DNA of 40,087 nt from Octopus bimaculoides. Taxonomy: Eukaryota. Shown piece after piece: positions 12,190 through 23,715 of the stretch. The DNA lies in NCBI RefSeq assembly GCF_001194135.2, contig NC_068993.1, positions 24,987,323 through 25,027,409 on the forward strand, read 5' to 3'. The notes beneath the pieces are model-generated. The model did no database searches. It was not told where the DNA came from and saw nothing but the letters and a program-made list of their open reading frames with translations. Made by a program: the position numbers and the translations under genes. Positions within the stretch are counted from its first letter, which is position 1; each line of letters opens with the position of its first letter.

Positions 12190-12715
12190 GTGCATCAAGG
12201 TCTGATCGATCAGCATCCAGACTGTTGACATAGTAACAAAGCTAAAGCACGCAGACTAAAGCCACTCAACAAAGATTGACCTTGAACTCTGTTGTGCATG
12301 CACACTAAGTTTTAATGCTCTAGCTCACTTTTGTTGTTTACAGCAGTACTTAGAAGGAAGGTGTGTAGTGCATCATCATTGCATTTACCATGGCAGAGAA
12401 AGTTGTCATGGTGATACCTGCTCAGAAGCCTATGCAAAGTTGCAGAAAGTGTATAGAGAGGAATGTATGAGCTGCACACAAGTGTACGAGTGGTTCAGAC
12501 GTTTCCAAGATGGCCGGAAAATGTCGATATTGATGAATGTTCTAGGAGACCCGTAACCAGCAGAACTGAGAAAAACATCACAGATCTGCGTGCAGCTGTG
12601 AGGGGTAATTGTCGAATCACTATCTGTGGATGTGCAGATTTGTAGCAGAAATATATAGCCAGTACAAGGTGTTGATGTCGCTGTGTGTATGTTATTACAA
12701 GAGTTCATAAAGAGA
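12190..12715 (+). mobile_element. Mariner 5' fragment (HTH DNA-binding region), third subfamily
   Basis: HGDTCSEAYAKLQKVYREECMSCTQVYEWFRRFQDGR-ENVDIDECSRRPVTSRTEKNI...RITI. Confidence 0.8.
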
Positions 12716-13302
12716 TGAAAGAATAAGTTCAAGATCTATATATTTACTGCATAAAAATATATTTCATTTACTGGTTGATGATGATACATAGAATCAAACT
12801 ATAGAACCAAGTTGAATGAAGTAATCTATGCAAGAAAATTCAGAGATAGGAAATGTAGAACAACAGCTAAGTGATGGCTTTCAGTCATATCTGCTATAGG
12901 GTGTAGAGAATAAGACAGACATAGCAACGACATGGATGGCTCTAAGTCTAATCAACTAAGGAATGAAAAGCTGGGTTATCAAGCTGTTTCTATTAATGGA
13001 ACACTTGACATTCTAGAAGCTTCCAAGAGAAAAGCCAGGCTTCTTGAATAATTAAGAATCATGTTTCATGTTATTGATGCTTCAAGAAGCTTAGAAAAGG
13101 GATGTTACTCTATGATCTTTCTCGCAAGGGAGATCATTCAACTATCTAGCTACTGCTACACACACCACAAGGCAGAAGTAACAGTATACAATAATGAAAA
13201 TAACATAAATGTATACATCATAAAATGCCCAAAACTGATGAAAACAGAATGGAATAAATGTAATATTTCAGGACCGAAGTGAAAAATCAATGTTCAAAAT
13301 TC

Positions 13303-13346
13303 TGTAACGTATGTGTAACGTATGTGTAACGTATGTGTAACGTATG
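13303..13346. repeat. 11-bp minisatellite (TGTAACGTATG)x4
   Basis: Four perfect units directly visible. Confidence 0.95.
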
Positions 13347-13781
13347 TGTGTGTCCAAATAGAAGTGTTATTTTGCATGCACAGAATGCAGAAAATGCCAG
13401 TCAGAGCGTGACTGAGGCAGAGTGTGTGTGCACACAAGTGGCAAAAAAATGGCAGTGACATGCTGGCACTTAGCAAGAGATAGGCAACTTTCTTTTTACA
13501 ACGTGACCATCCAGGGGTCTAACAGAGTTCAGTTGTGTCTTACAAGGGTGTGGTGAGCATGAGAAAGCAATCCAAAAGTATAGTATATGGTGCATGTGTA
13601 TAATTAGGTGATGGCATGCAAGCATGTGTGTGAACATTGAGACAATTTTACAAATATACAGAATATTCACTAAAAAATTTGCACATGAATAGACATCCTG
13701 AAAAATTAGAAATTAAGTGATATACAAAACTAAGCAAATGCAAAGAAGGATGAACAAATGCATGAAAAAGCAAGCAACAGA

Positions 13782-15337
13782 AATGCCAAACTACTGTTTT
13801 TCCTTTTGTCATCCAGGCCGGTACTTGGATGTCACTATTCAGTATTTTATCCATCTGTCTTGCAATTCTGTGCAGAGCTGTCAAGTTTTTAAGCCAAAAG
13901 CCCTGAACCTCATCTGGACCAAGTGCTTTCCAGTTTGGAATTTTCCTGCACTGATCTCTAATCATCTCCTCAGTTATTCTCAAATCATCCTGCTGATACT
14001 CTCCACTCTCCTCTTTGAGTGTCTTTAACCACTCTGCTTCAGCTTCGTGTTATTTCTCTTGAGACCATATGTTTGACCAAAATCTTTAGCTTTCTTCAGC
14101 ACCCAGCATGGCTTTTTCACCTTTTACTTTTCTATCTGATTCCTGATAGACTCGTTTCTGATTTTGTTCGAGGAGTCTGTTTAATCTGTACTGCTCAATT
14201 CTCTGTTCATATCACTTTTGTTTATGAGCTTTAGCTTTCAACCTCTGTTTTAATTCCTCAATCACAACATTGGTTACCTTTCTCTTCACCCTACACTTCC
14301 TCTCTAGCTCAACATATTTCTCTCATTGAACTTCATTTCTTTATTTCTGTTCCAGAATGTTAATATGCTTTCTGGTCTTGTTAATAGACTGTGTTATTCT
14401 TCTATTCCTTCGTGGTTCTTTTAGGTTATGCTGACATTTACCTTTGGCTTTCAAATCTAACTTCTGGGTTATAAAGATCGAAATTGCATTTATCAGATTG
14501 TTGATGTCTGTGATGTCAGTCCTTATATCACCAGTGATATCATTTATCTTTCTGACCCATTCATTGAGTTTCTTTCTGTCTCTTTTTAAAATCCTGTATG
14601 GAGGCTCTGTTCACCAGAGGTCCAAATATCAATGATTTCATTTAGAATGGATATCTACTCCTCGGTTCTCTCATTGCGTTCCTGATCAATAGTCTCAGCC
14701 TCATGCTCGTTTTCTTCCTTTAACTCCACTGCCATAGTTTTACTATCTGCATTCTCTTCTGCACCCTTCCATTCACCGCTGGTCTTACTATCCCTAAGCA
14801 CCCGTCTTTTAATGCTTTCTAGTTCAACTGGAGATAACCATTCATTCATTCTGATGGCTCTAGCTTGGTCACACAGATTTTCAAATAAACTTTTGTCACT
14901 CCATGCCCTGTGCATTCTTTTCCTATATCCCCTAGCGGATATTCCATTATCATTTCTCGGATTACCCAGAAAGTAGCACTCCATTACAACCACATTCATT
15001 TCTTTCATCCACCTACTTTTAGCAGCTGCTTGATGGTGGCTGGGCACATGCTGCTCATCCGTGGGGCACCTATTAGGCAAGAGACTTTCATAAGGTGTTC
15101 CAGCCTCATTTACACCATTCTCATTTCTATTTTTATTTGACATTTCAGCATTCATGATAAGGGTCAGTGAATTTTAGGTTGCACAACCACCAGTATTTTT
15201 TTTCCTATGACACCATCACTGACAGGATCTCCACCCTAGGATAGAGGATTCCTGAAATCTGGTTTAATTTTTGGAGTTGCCATCTCCTAGAAGAGGTGTT
15301 CAAGCATTACGATTGCTTCTGCCTCTTAGGTATATGC
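13782..15337 (-). mobile_element. R4/Dong-like LINE, 5' part (5' UTR, N-terminal domain, start of RT)
   Basis: ORF 15155-14655 has RWMKEMNVVVMECYF...RGYRKRMHRAW...LCDQARAIRMNEWLSPVELESI; 13983-13790 has IPNWKALGPDEVQGFWLKNLTALH...PAWMTKGKT. Confidence 0.9.

Positions 15338-15391
<54 letters not shown>
15338..15391. repeat. (TAT)n microsatellite abutting the R4/Dong 5' end
   Basis: Directly visible. Confidence 0.98.
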
Positions 15392-15393
<2 letters not shown>

Positions 15394-15875
15394 TTGATTC
15401 TTGCAGTGTGAATATATCATTTTTAATTCAATTTTTTTGAATATTTGTAAAAAGAACTATAACTACCTAAGGTAGGAAGATGAGAGCTGCCCTTGACACC
15501 CAGTGAAAACCAATAGAAAAAAAGAGGTTTGTTTCACAAACTTCTGAAATTTTATTCACATGCCTTATACCTTCACATCCACAATGCCTACTAAACATAA
15601 TAATGCCATACATTCTTTTTTCTAAGATAATGGGGGTTTGATTTTAAGGAGATTTGCATGAATTTGAAACAAGTCAAGCAACTGTATAGAGATTCCTTTG
15701 TTGGTTCATTTCAATAATGAGTGAGAAAATAGGAAAGATAAATAATAAAAACATCACCTTCCATATGGTCATAAGTTCAAACTTTACTACAATGAAGTAC
15801 AGCTATATTTGTTAAATAAAAGTATAAGAAAATCATTATATAAATATAAACGAATAATTATATTCTTGGGAATAG

Positions 15876-15958
15876 AAATTTCCCTTATGAATTTTTTTAC
15901 ACACTGGCTTCTTGATAAAATTCTTGTAAAAGAGTTTTATCCCTTTTTGAACATTGAT
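15876..15958 (+). CDS. Possible internal exon of an unidentified host gene
   Basis: Open frame ISLMNFFTHWLLDKILVKEFYPFLNID ending at a strong donor GAT|GTAAGT. The acceptor is weak and no homology was recognised. Confidence 0.2.
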
Positions 15959-16149
15959 GTAAGTGCTAATTTAATGTCTCAAGCACTGTGATAATTTTAA
16001 TTAATCAAGATTTTATCAGTATCAAAGAACAATAAATATTATTAAATAATGTTTAACCAAATCAAAAAAACAAGGGAAAAAAAATATTTTTTAATGATTT
16101 GATGCATCAGAGTTCTAATTAATTATTTATTTCCATTTATCTATGCTTC

Positions 16150-16335
16150 TGCCACGTAAAAAGCACGAAGTGCACTCTGCTGAGTGGTTGGTGTTAGGAA
16201 GGGCATCCAGCTGTAAAAATCCTGTTAAAACAGTCACAGAAATCTGATGCAGGCTTCTCCCTGGCCGGCTTCTGTCAAACTGACCCACCCATGCCAGCAT
16301 GGAAGGCAGGCATTAAACGATGATGATGATGATGA
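16150..16335 (+). mobile_element. SINE-like repeat, (GAT)n-tail family
   Basis: GTTAGGAAGGGCATCCAGCTGTA core, ending ATTAAACGATGATGATG. Confidence 0.8.
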
Positions 16336-16347
16336 CCTAAATGTGAA

Positions 16348-16502
16348 TGTTCTACATTATTTACATTATTTACATTTGACAGATATTTGTCCTCATCTTG
16401 TTTGTTGTTAACACAACTTTTCAGTTGGTATACCCTCCAGCCTTCATCAGGTGTATTGGGGAAATTTCGTACCTGGGTTCTCATTCCTAAGGTATTTTTC
16501 GA

Positions 16503-16540
<38 letters not shown>

Positions 16541-16612
16541 TCACTGCCTGGAATCGAACTTGGAATCTTGGGGTTAGTAGCCCGCACTCTTAACCACTAC
16601 ATCATATGCCCA
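16348..16612 (-). mobile_element. Composite SINE: tRNA-like head, (TAA)n, PLE-type tail with hammerhead (left arm of palindrome)
   Basis: Reverse complement of 16613-16959; B box AGTTCGATTCC retained. Confidence 0.85.
16411..16454 (-). ncRNA. Minimal type I hammerhead motif (decayed)
   Basis: ACAC-CTGATGA-A-GGCTG-GAGGGTATAC-CAACT-GAAAA-GT-T-GTGT; stem I ACAC/GTGT; substitutions in stem II and at C15.2. Confidence 0.65.
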
Positions 16613-16684
16613 TGGGCATCTGGTGTAGTGGTTAAGAGCACGGGCTACTAACACCAAGATTCCAAGTTTGATTCCAGGCAGTGA

Positions 16685-16772
<88 letters not shown>

Positions 16773-16959
16773 CATAATCATAATAAAATTGAAAAATACC
16801 TTAGGAATGAGAACCCAAGTTTGAAATTTCCTCCAAACACCTGATGAAGGCTGGTGGGTATATCAGCCAAAACGTGTTAACAACAAACAGGATGAGAACA
16901 AATATCCGTCAAATGTGAATAATGTACATAATTCCTCATCTCTTAAATATAGAACTGTA
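16613..16959 (+). mobile_element. Composite SINE: tRNA-like head, (AAT)n, PLE-type tail with hammerhead (right arm)
   Basis: A box TGGTGTAGTGG at 16621-16631, decayed B box AGTTTGATTCC at 16665-16675, (AAT)n at about 16689-16785, hammerhead at 16836-16878. Confidence 0.85.
16836..16878 (+). ncRNA. Minimal type I hammerhead motif (decayed)
   Basis: AACAC-CTGATGA-A-GGCTG-GTGGGTATAT-CAGCC-AAAAC-GTGTT; stem II GGCTG/CAGCC perfect; G12 to A change and a 3-nt deletion relative to the left arm. Confidence 0.65.
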
Positions 16960-17211
16960 TGTGGATGTTCTGAACAAACATTTAAGGGGGTATAAATATT
17001 ATCTCTCGATATTAATACTGCCTCTATAGCTAATATATATTTTCAAATTAATAAATACTTTGTCCTAACATTCCCTTCAGAACCACACTTTTCATGGAAG
17101 TCTTTTTCCCTCAGCCTATATTTACTCTCCATTCACTGATCAGCAACAGTTTATTACAGAATATCAATCTTACCTAGTTGTCTTCTCTCTCCCTCTTAGA
17201 CTAGGAAGAGT

Positions 17212-17473
17212 TTAACCCTTCAACATTCACTCTATTCAATCAAAAGTAATGCTTATTTGTTCCAGTTATTCCATCAAAAGTAATGCTTATTTATTACCAT
17301 TGTTTTGAATTAATCATGCATTATGTTGTAGCTTTGAGATTTTGATGAGGTAACTGTTAACTCTCTCAGTGATATTGTAGGGTTGGTGTGAGAGGCCAGA
17401 TCTGACTTGTTCAAGCATAAAACAGGTAGAATATTCTGGCCAGATATGGCTGGTTTAAATGCTAATGTGTCAA
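17212..17473 (+). mobile_element. piggyBac-like MITE
   Basis: TTAA-CCCTT start; body homologous to 8138-8334. Confidence 0.7.
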
Positions 17474-18172
17474 ACAAGAAGCAGAGAGAAAACAGGATGT
17501 GGAGAGCAAACTTAATCTGCTCTTAAAAAAAAAAAACAGAAATTGATAAAAACCTCAGAATAATTTATTATCATTACCGTTGACAAGGAAGCATGAGATA
17601 AAGGCTGATTTATTATTTCACCTATGGTACAACAGTAATGAAAGGGTATGAGCTCATTCAATTATTTTATTTTGGCTTCTAAAGAGGAAAGAAGAGGTCA
17701 TATAAGAATAGTTGGGGTGGGATAGGGGGGGGAATGAGGAGTGACATAACTCAATGGTTACTGCAGTAGGAAGTAATGCACCAAGATCAAGATTATCTTA
17801 ATAAAGGAGATCTGATCTGAATGATTGCAACAGAGTAGACTTCATTAAAACATCAAAAGGGTAAATGGTAGAGTTAAAGTGAAAAATAGATCAGGTCTGC
17901 AGTTGGGAAAAACTGGTATAACATGAAATCCACCCTTCTATTGCAACTCCAAATGAGTGGGTGCACAGTAACATTAACTTATAGTAACAATTCAACTCCA
18001 TCTACAGGCAATGGACAGTGATCACTGAGATGAAGACACTTGTAAAGATGATTCCATTGGAGTTATTACAATCTATAGTTTATCTACAGATGGTCTACAG
18101 ATACTGATGAATTCAACACAAACCAACTATGAAAAATAAACAAAAAGGTAGATATAAACAAGGAATAATGTC

Positions 18173-18226
18173 AACATCATCATCATCATTGCTGTCACTA
18201 TTGCTGCCTTCACCACAATCATCATT

Positions 18227-18260
<34 letters not shown>

Positions 18261-18262
18261 CC
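18173..18262. repeat. (ATC)n-rich microsatellite
   Basis: Directly visible. Confidence 0.9.
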
Positions 18263-18264
18263 AT

Positions 18265-18409
18265 TATTACCCAATGCTCCAGTTTCTACTGATATTGTTT
18301 TCGCCTTCATGCCGCACATCTTGAATTCTCCAATTTTATGATCTTTGTACATTGACAATTTCTCCACGTTTTTGGGGGCAATATTTTGGTTAGAAAGAGC
18401 TGCAACGTC
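18265..18409 (-). mobile_element. R4/Dong-like endonuclease fragment
   Basis: EKLSMYKDHKIGEFKMCGMKAKTISVETGALG matches EKLSKYKDL.IE..KMW..K....PVV.GALG; cut by the adjacent mariner. Confidence 0.65.
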
Positions 18410-18411
18410 TA

Positions 18412-19585
18412 CAAGGGCCAGCTGAAAAGTTCATAGGCTGACCAAGATACTCTCATAGAATGTGACCTAATGAGGTTTATCTTACAACATAGTTCCTCTT
18501 GCGGTCTGCACACTTCTTCTGTCAGTGTTGCAGTGCTTCGATCCCATTGCTGAAGAAGTTTTCACTCTGTTGGTCAAAAAATGTCAACAGCAGATATGAC
18601 GTCATCATCTCTGTGATACTAGTTCCCAGCCAAATGTTTTTTCATGTTGAGGAACAGAACTTGTGTGCTGGAAAACTGTCCTGGTGAAACAAGATCCCTT
18701 TCATCAGTTTCCTGGGTGTTCAGTCATGATAGCCTTTGATAACTGCCTCAGCAAGTTGGCATAGTACTATCCATTGATGGTGTGGCTCTTTTGAAGCTAT
18801 TCAATGAACACAATGCTTTTTGCATTCCCCATCACCTTCCTGGCAGGTGAAAAGATCTTGGCCTTCTTTAGAGCAGGTGAGAAGGGGTGTTTCCACAGCA
18901 TGGATTGTCTCTTTGTTTCTGACTCAAAATGATGAAGTCAACACTCATCCTGTGTTAGGAAATGTTCAAGGAAACCAACTGAATCTGCCTTGAACAATGT
19001 CAGATTTTCCTGAGATGTGATCAATCTGGTGTGCTTTTGATTAGGTGTCAGAAGATATGGCACCCACCAAGCAGAAATCTTTGTCATGCTTAGTTCATTG
19101 TGCACAGGATATGCTAATAGAATTTTCTAGTTAATTTATAGTCTATTGCCTGTCATCTCATTCACCTCCATGTGGTAAACACAATAAGTGTTTCCCTTGG
19201 TGACAGCAGTTGCAGGATGTTCAGACCATAGGTCATTTTCAAGACTCTCCCTTTCACTCCTAAGATTTGTTGCCTACTTTTGCGCTGTTGATAAAGTTGC
19301 AGTGTCATTCCCCAATGCAGCAACCGTGTCAGCTAGAAAGTCATTGGGGGCCAAACCCTTTTTCTGCAGGTTCTTGGTAACACCACAATGCCAAATTTTG
19401 TCAATTTTCAAGAGAAGTCGCTACTAGTTACTTTTGAAGTCTACTTTGAAGAGTCAGTTGTCAGTTTACCTGGAAAGAAACAATACAGTTATTAATACGG
19501 AGAGTTGAAGTTAATGCATACCAGATATCACAGCTCTAGCATCGCTCCTTCATAGTCAACCTATGAACGTTTCAGCCCACTCTTG
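18412..19585 (-). mobile_element. Mariner transposon with both TIRs and TA TSD; transposase degenerate
   Basis: TA-CAAGGGCCAGCTGAAAAGTTCATAGG ... CCTATGAACGTTTCAGCCCACTCTTG-TA. Minus strand reads KIDKIWHCGVTKNLQKKGLAP... and LFLNMKKHLAG...NGIEALQH*QKKCADRKRNYV. Confidence 0.9.
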
Positions 19586-19689
19586 TATCAATAAGCAGCT
19601 GTTTTTTCACTTCCAGTCCTTGTTTATCATGTTTGGGTGAGCTTTGATTTATTTGTCAGTTTATTATTTTTTGTTTCTTATGTTGTTGT

Positions 19690-20725
19690 TGCTTTTTATT
19701 TTTATACAAGATGTTCCAAGTCTCACCCAAAGACCTCAAGTAACAGCAAGTCAGATGTTTTACTCTGGGTGTTATTTATGATTAGCAAAGGTATATTTTA
19801 ACTAAAATTCTGTTAAATTTGTAATATTTCAGTTTTGGAAGAATTTTAAGAGAATCAGATATTTTCAAGTTGATAATGTTTTTCTTAGGATGTGGGATGT
19901 ATCCCATAAGAAAATTATTTATAGTTCTGATACTTTTGGTTTTCCTGTTATTTGGCCATAGTGTTTAAGAGTGCCAGTTGGCATTGTCCTCTTACAACTG
20001 CAGTTGTAAGATACCACATTTACGAAACCTCTATTTGAAGACCCTTGAATTTATTTAATTTTTGAAATGCTTTTATAGATGTGTTGCAATCTGCTGGGAC
20101 TGATATACCTATGAGCAGATATGTTTTCACAGCATGATTTTTTTTACCACAATATCTGGTTTGTGGCCTGATTAGCATGACCAGTTTGAATACTGAAGTC
20201 CCAAAGAATGATATCTTTATTTTCTACTACTTTGACAGGTTCATATTCCCACCAGTTCTTTTCATATAAGTGTTCAAACTTACTGTGTATGATTCCAGTG
20301 CAACTACTGACCAAGTCTATCATTTCATTTGGGGCATCCAGAGATGAATTGGTCAATTTGGAGCATCCAAAGATGAAGTGTTCAATTCTTCCACTGGCTA
20401 TACCACAAAAGCAGCAGGTGAGATCAGCACCATTTTTAAGAATGATAGTTTGGTAGTTTCTGGTAGGCAAACTCTGATCCTGAGCTGTTATAATGAAACC
20501 TTTGTTTCCACTTGAAGTCCAGATGCAGCCAACCATTGATGGATCATATTTTTATCAACATCAGGATAACTGGCCATTGTAGGCTATCTGCCATGCAATG
20601 CCTTACACTTCCATCTATTTTGCAGATCTGAGATTCTATTTGATTTGGTTTGGTTATTTTTTATCTGTATTTTGCTATCACAGTGTGTTGTTCCATTTCT
20701 TCTGGTTGTGCCTCAGTCACATTGA
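19690..20725 (-). mobile_element. R4/Dong-like LINE, 5'-truncated 3' part
   Basis: GFIITAQDQSLPTRNY...CCFC...IEHFIFGCSKL...YEPVKVVENKDIILWDFSIQT; flanked by TTG/TTA-rich tracts. Confidence 0.85.
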
Positions 20726-20772
20726 GATCTAAGTCCTTTACATATTTCTTTGTTGTTTTTGTTGTTGTCATT

Positions 20773-20985
20773 AAGGTGATGAGCTGATAGAACTGTTATC
20801 ATGCCAGACAAAATGCTCAGTAGCATTTCATCCATCTGTAAGTTCTGATTTAAAATTCCACCAAGGTCAACTTTGCCTTTCAGGGTCAATAAAATAAGTA
20901 CTAGTTGAGCACCGGGGGTCAATGAAATTGACTTGACCCCTCCCCAAAAATTGCTAACCTCGTGCCAAAATTTGAAACCATTATT
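20773..20985 (+). mobile_element. tRNA-derived SINE
   Basis: Same family as 1709-1929. Confidence 0.75.
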
Positions 20986-23157
20986 ATTGTTGTTGTTTTA
21001 TTTTTATTATTGACTCTGGTAGTGTGAAGTTGACTTTTATTTACCCTTCAAATTGTTTTATTCAAGCATTACCAAATGAAATTTTCTTTTGAGTACTTAA
21101 AAAATTACCTATAATTATCCAAAGAAAGTGTTTCCTTCAGTATCCAGTGGTAGACAAATGAAAAAGAAGTTTGTTTCATGAACTTCAAAACTTTTATTTA
21201 TACACATTAAATTTATGCATCAAAAATGGCAACCACATATAATAATGTCACACAACAAAACAACACAATGCCTAAAACACAGAACTAAATTTACAAAAAG
21301 AAGAAAATGAATTATATAGTGAATAATTAATAGAAAAAAATTGTCCCAAAGGCTCAAAGAAGTAATTTGGAAGACAGCAACAGTTAGCAACAACAGTTGT
21401 ATGACTCCAAATATATGACCCACTCAAATAGCAGCTGTGTGAAAACAAATCTTTTATCAGTGCTCAAAGGTGAAGACAAATGAACAGATAAAATTATTTG
21501 ATTTGTCACAATTGAAAAAAAAAAAAGAAAAAAGAAAAACCCAAAAAACTGTAGGTAAGAGAATTTTGTAAAATCTAGCAGCATTTTTTGGCCACAGGAG
21601 ATAATCCAGTGAAGGGCAAAGATAAAAAGATATATATCTCTACTTACAAAAAGGTGGAAGTGGATTAAATTTCCCTTTTGTGACAAGTGAAGCATCAAAC
21701 CTTCCAGGACTTATTGACAGAAATTATGTAAAGGCAAAAGCTATTTGTTGTACTTTTGAAACTGATAACAGCCAAAACACAGGTGGAAATTATCAGACAT
21801 ACCTCTGACTATATGTTTGTGCCCCAGTACAAGGGCCAGAGAAACACAAGAATCACAAGAGATAATGGAAAGAGTTAGACCCAAGGCTTGAGTGACTTTT
21901 GTATTGCAGTATGGGAGAGAGACATAAAAGCAGGCTTAACAAATGTTGAGCTTGCAAGTCCTAATGACCCCTGATGACCACAGAGCCATACCAGAACTAT
22001 GTCCATAGAAGAATCTGAGGCAAATGGTATGAGATTGATGACACAAAGTAGAAAACCTAACTGTTATATTTGTCAGAGTAAAACACGCCTCAAAGTGGGA
22101 AATGCCTTGCAGAACTGTGAAGATTAAATAAATGAAGGTAAATGAAAATAATGAAAATCAAAAGCAACAACAAAAGGAAAAACAACCTCTAATTTTCAGA
22201 ATACTATTGCACAAAAATCAGGGACAGTAAAGTAAATATATTTAGGTCCAATACCATAGGCAGTCAAGAAACTTCCTTGTCCACTAATGCTACCAACATT
22301 CTCTGTATGATGACAAAATCTGAAGAGAAGAAGAGGAAAAAGTTACAGGAAAAAGACAGAACATAAAACAATGAGAACAAGTGAGGAGGAACAATGTTTT
22401 TTCTAAATAACTATGAAATCCCTTCTCAAGTAAATAATGACAAAAATGCAGAAAGCAAAGATGAACTAAACTTCACCATTCTTTGAAATTCAAACAAACA
22501 GTTAATTGGCAAAATTATCCATTTTTGGTGTCCTGAATTCTTCCAAGAAATTCTAATGACAAAAAAGACAGCTAGATTCAGAATATAAACAACATGCCAA
22601 AAATAGATTGCAAATAAAACTAAATTTAAGGCGTTACAGTAATCACTTGCTATATATCGGTTCAGCTATCATGCCCTCAGTACATCGCAGATTTTTCTGG
22701 CTAATATATGTAAATTTATATCACAGATTCCTTGGTATTATACAGGTTTCTGTGGATGATAGGTATTTATATATATATTTTTTTTTAGATTTCAATTATT
22801 TCTGTGATGAAATAAGCATTTTCCTGCTTAAAAATTAATAAATTAACAAATAAAAGTATAGTCCTGCACTATATAACACATTGATTAAAATATATTAAAA
22901 GAAAATACATAGTGTGCCGCAGATGAGTAAAGAAAGAATTACACATACTGTATGGAAAACGAAAGTCAATTTTGTGTGTTATTGTGCTTATCAATTTATT
23001 TCAGTGCAAATATGTATGCATACACGAATATGCATGTATGCATATGTACGTGTGTGTGTGTTTGGGGGTGGAGTGTGGTGTGAGTGTGTGTGCAACTTTA
23101 AGACTTCTAATTTGTCCATTGTATTGTATAACAGCTCTTACTCTATTCTCTTTGAAG

Positions 23158-23238
23158 GAGGGACAACTGCCGAACAACAATGATGCTTCTTCTGAGAATG
23201 ATAATGAAGAAGATGGAGAGAAAGATGAAGAATTGTAA
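23158..23238 (+). CDS. Candidate terminal coding exon with acidic tail and KDEL-like end (EGQLPNNNDASSENDNEEDGEKDEEL*)
   Basis: Pyrimidine-rich acceptor CTATTCTCTTTGAAG| (alternative ACAG| at 23134), non-repetitive purine-rich codons, TAA at 23236-23238, AATAAA 38 nt downstream. Gene not identified. Confidence 0.45.
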   Translation, partial: EGQLPNNNDASSENDNEEDGEKDEEL

Positions 23239-23275
23239 TTCCCTGTCCTTCAAAAAATCAAACTAACCACCAACC

Positions 23276-23281
23276 AATAAA
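23276..23281 (+). terminator. Candidate polyadenylation signal AATAAA
   Basis: Position just after the candidate stop codon; the hexamer is common by chance in AT-rich DNA. Confidence 0.3.
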
Positions 23282-23715
23282 ATCATGTATTTGTGGTGCC
23301 AGAGACATTCTGTTGAGATAAAAATGATAAAGGTGCAGGTACATTTAACATATAGGGAGCACATGAAGACAGTGTTAGTAAAAGCAAAAAAAAAGGCATT
23401 ATAGCAAACTGAATATTCCCACTTGAAGACATGGGTGTTTATTTACCCCAACTGCTCAAGACAAAAATATACAGGCTAAAGCTGACAGATAAGGGTGTAG
23501 GATGCTCTTACCCAACCTAGTCAGAAGTTTATTTTCATGCTTTATTTCCGTTTAATTTTATTTTGTTTAAATTATTGAGTGTTTTATTGTACTTATTTTT
23601 CATTTCTTTTTATGCAAATATTTATGCTTTATAATTCATCAATTTATAGATTGCATAACATTTCCCTCCACTTTCCTTCACATTGTATTTTTCTGTGCTT
23701 CTTCAAGCTCTTGTG

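Noticed and set aside
16614-16687. tRNA gene
   Set aside because: No acceptor stem or complete cloverleaf; it is a SINE head. The same applies to 39773-39850.
22640-22760. Exon-like CpG-containing segment NHLLYIGSAIMPSVHRRFFWLIY upstream of the candidate last exon
   Set aside because: Several conflicting splice and frame options and no homology; cannot choose without RNA data.
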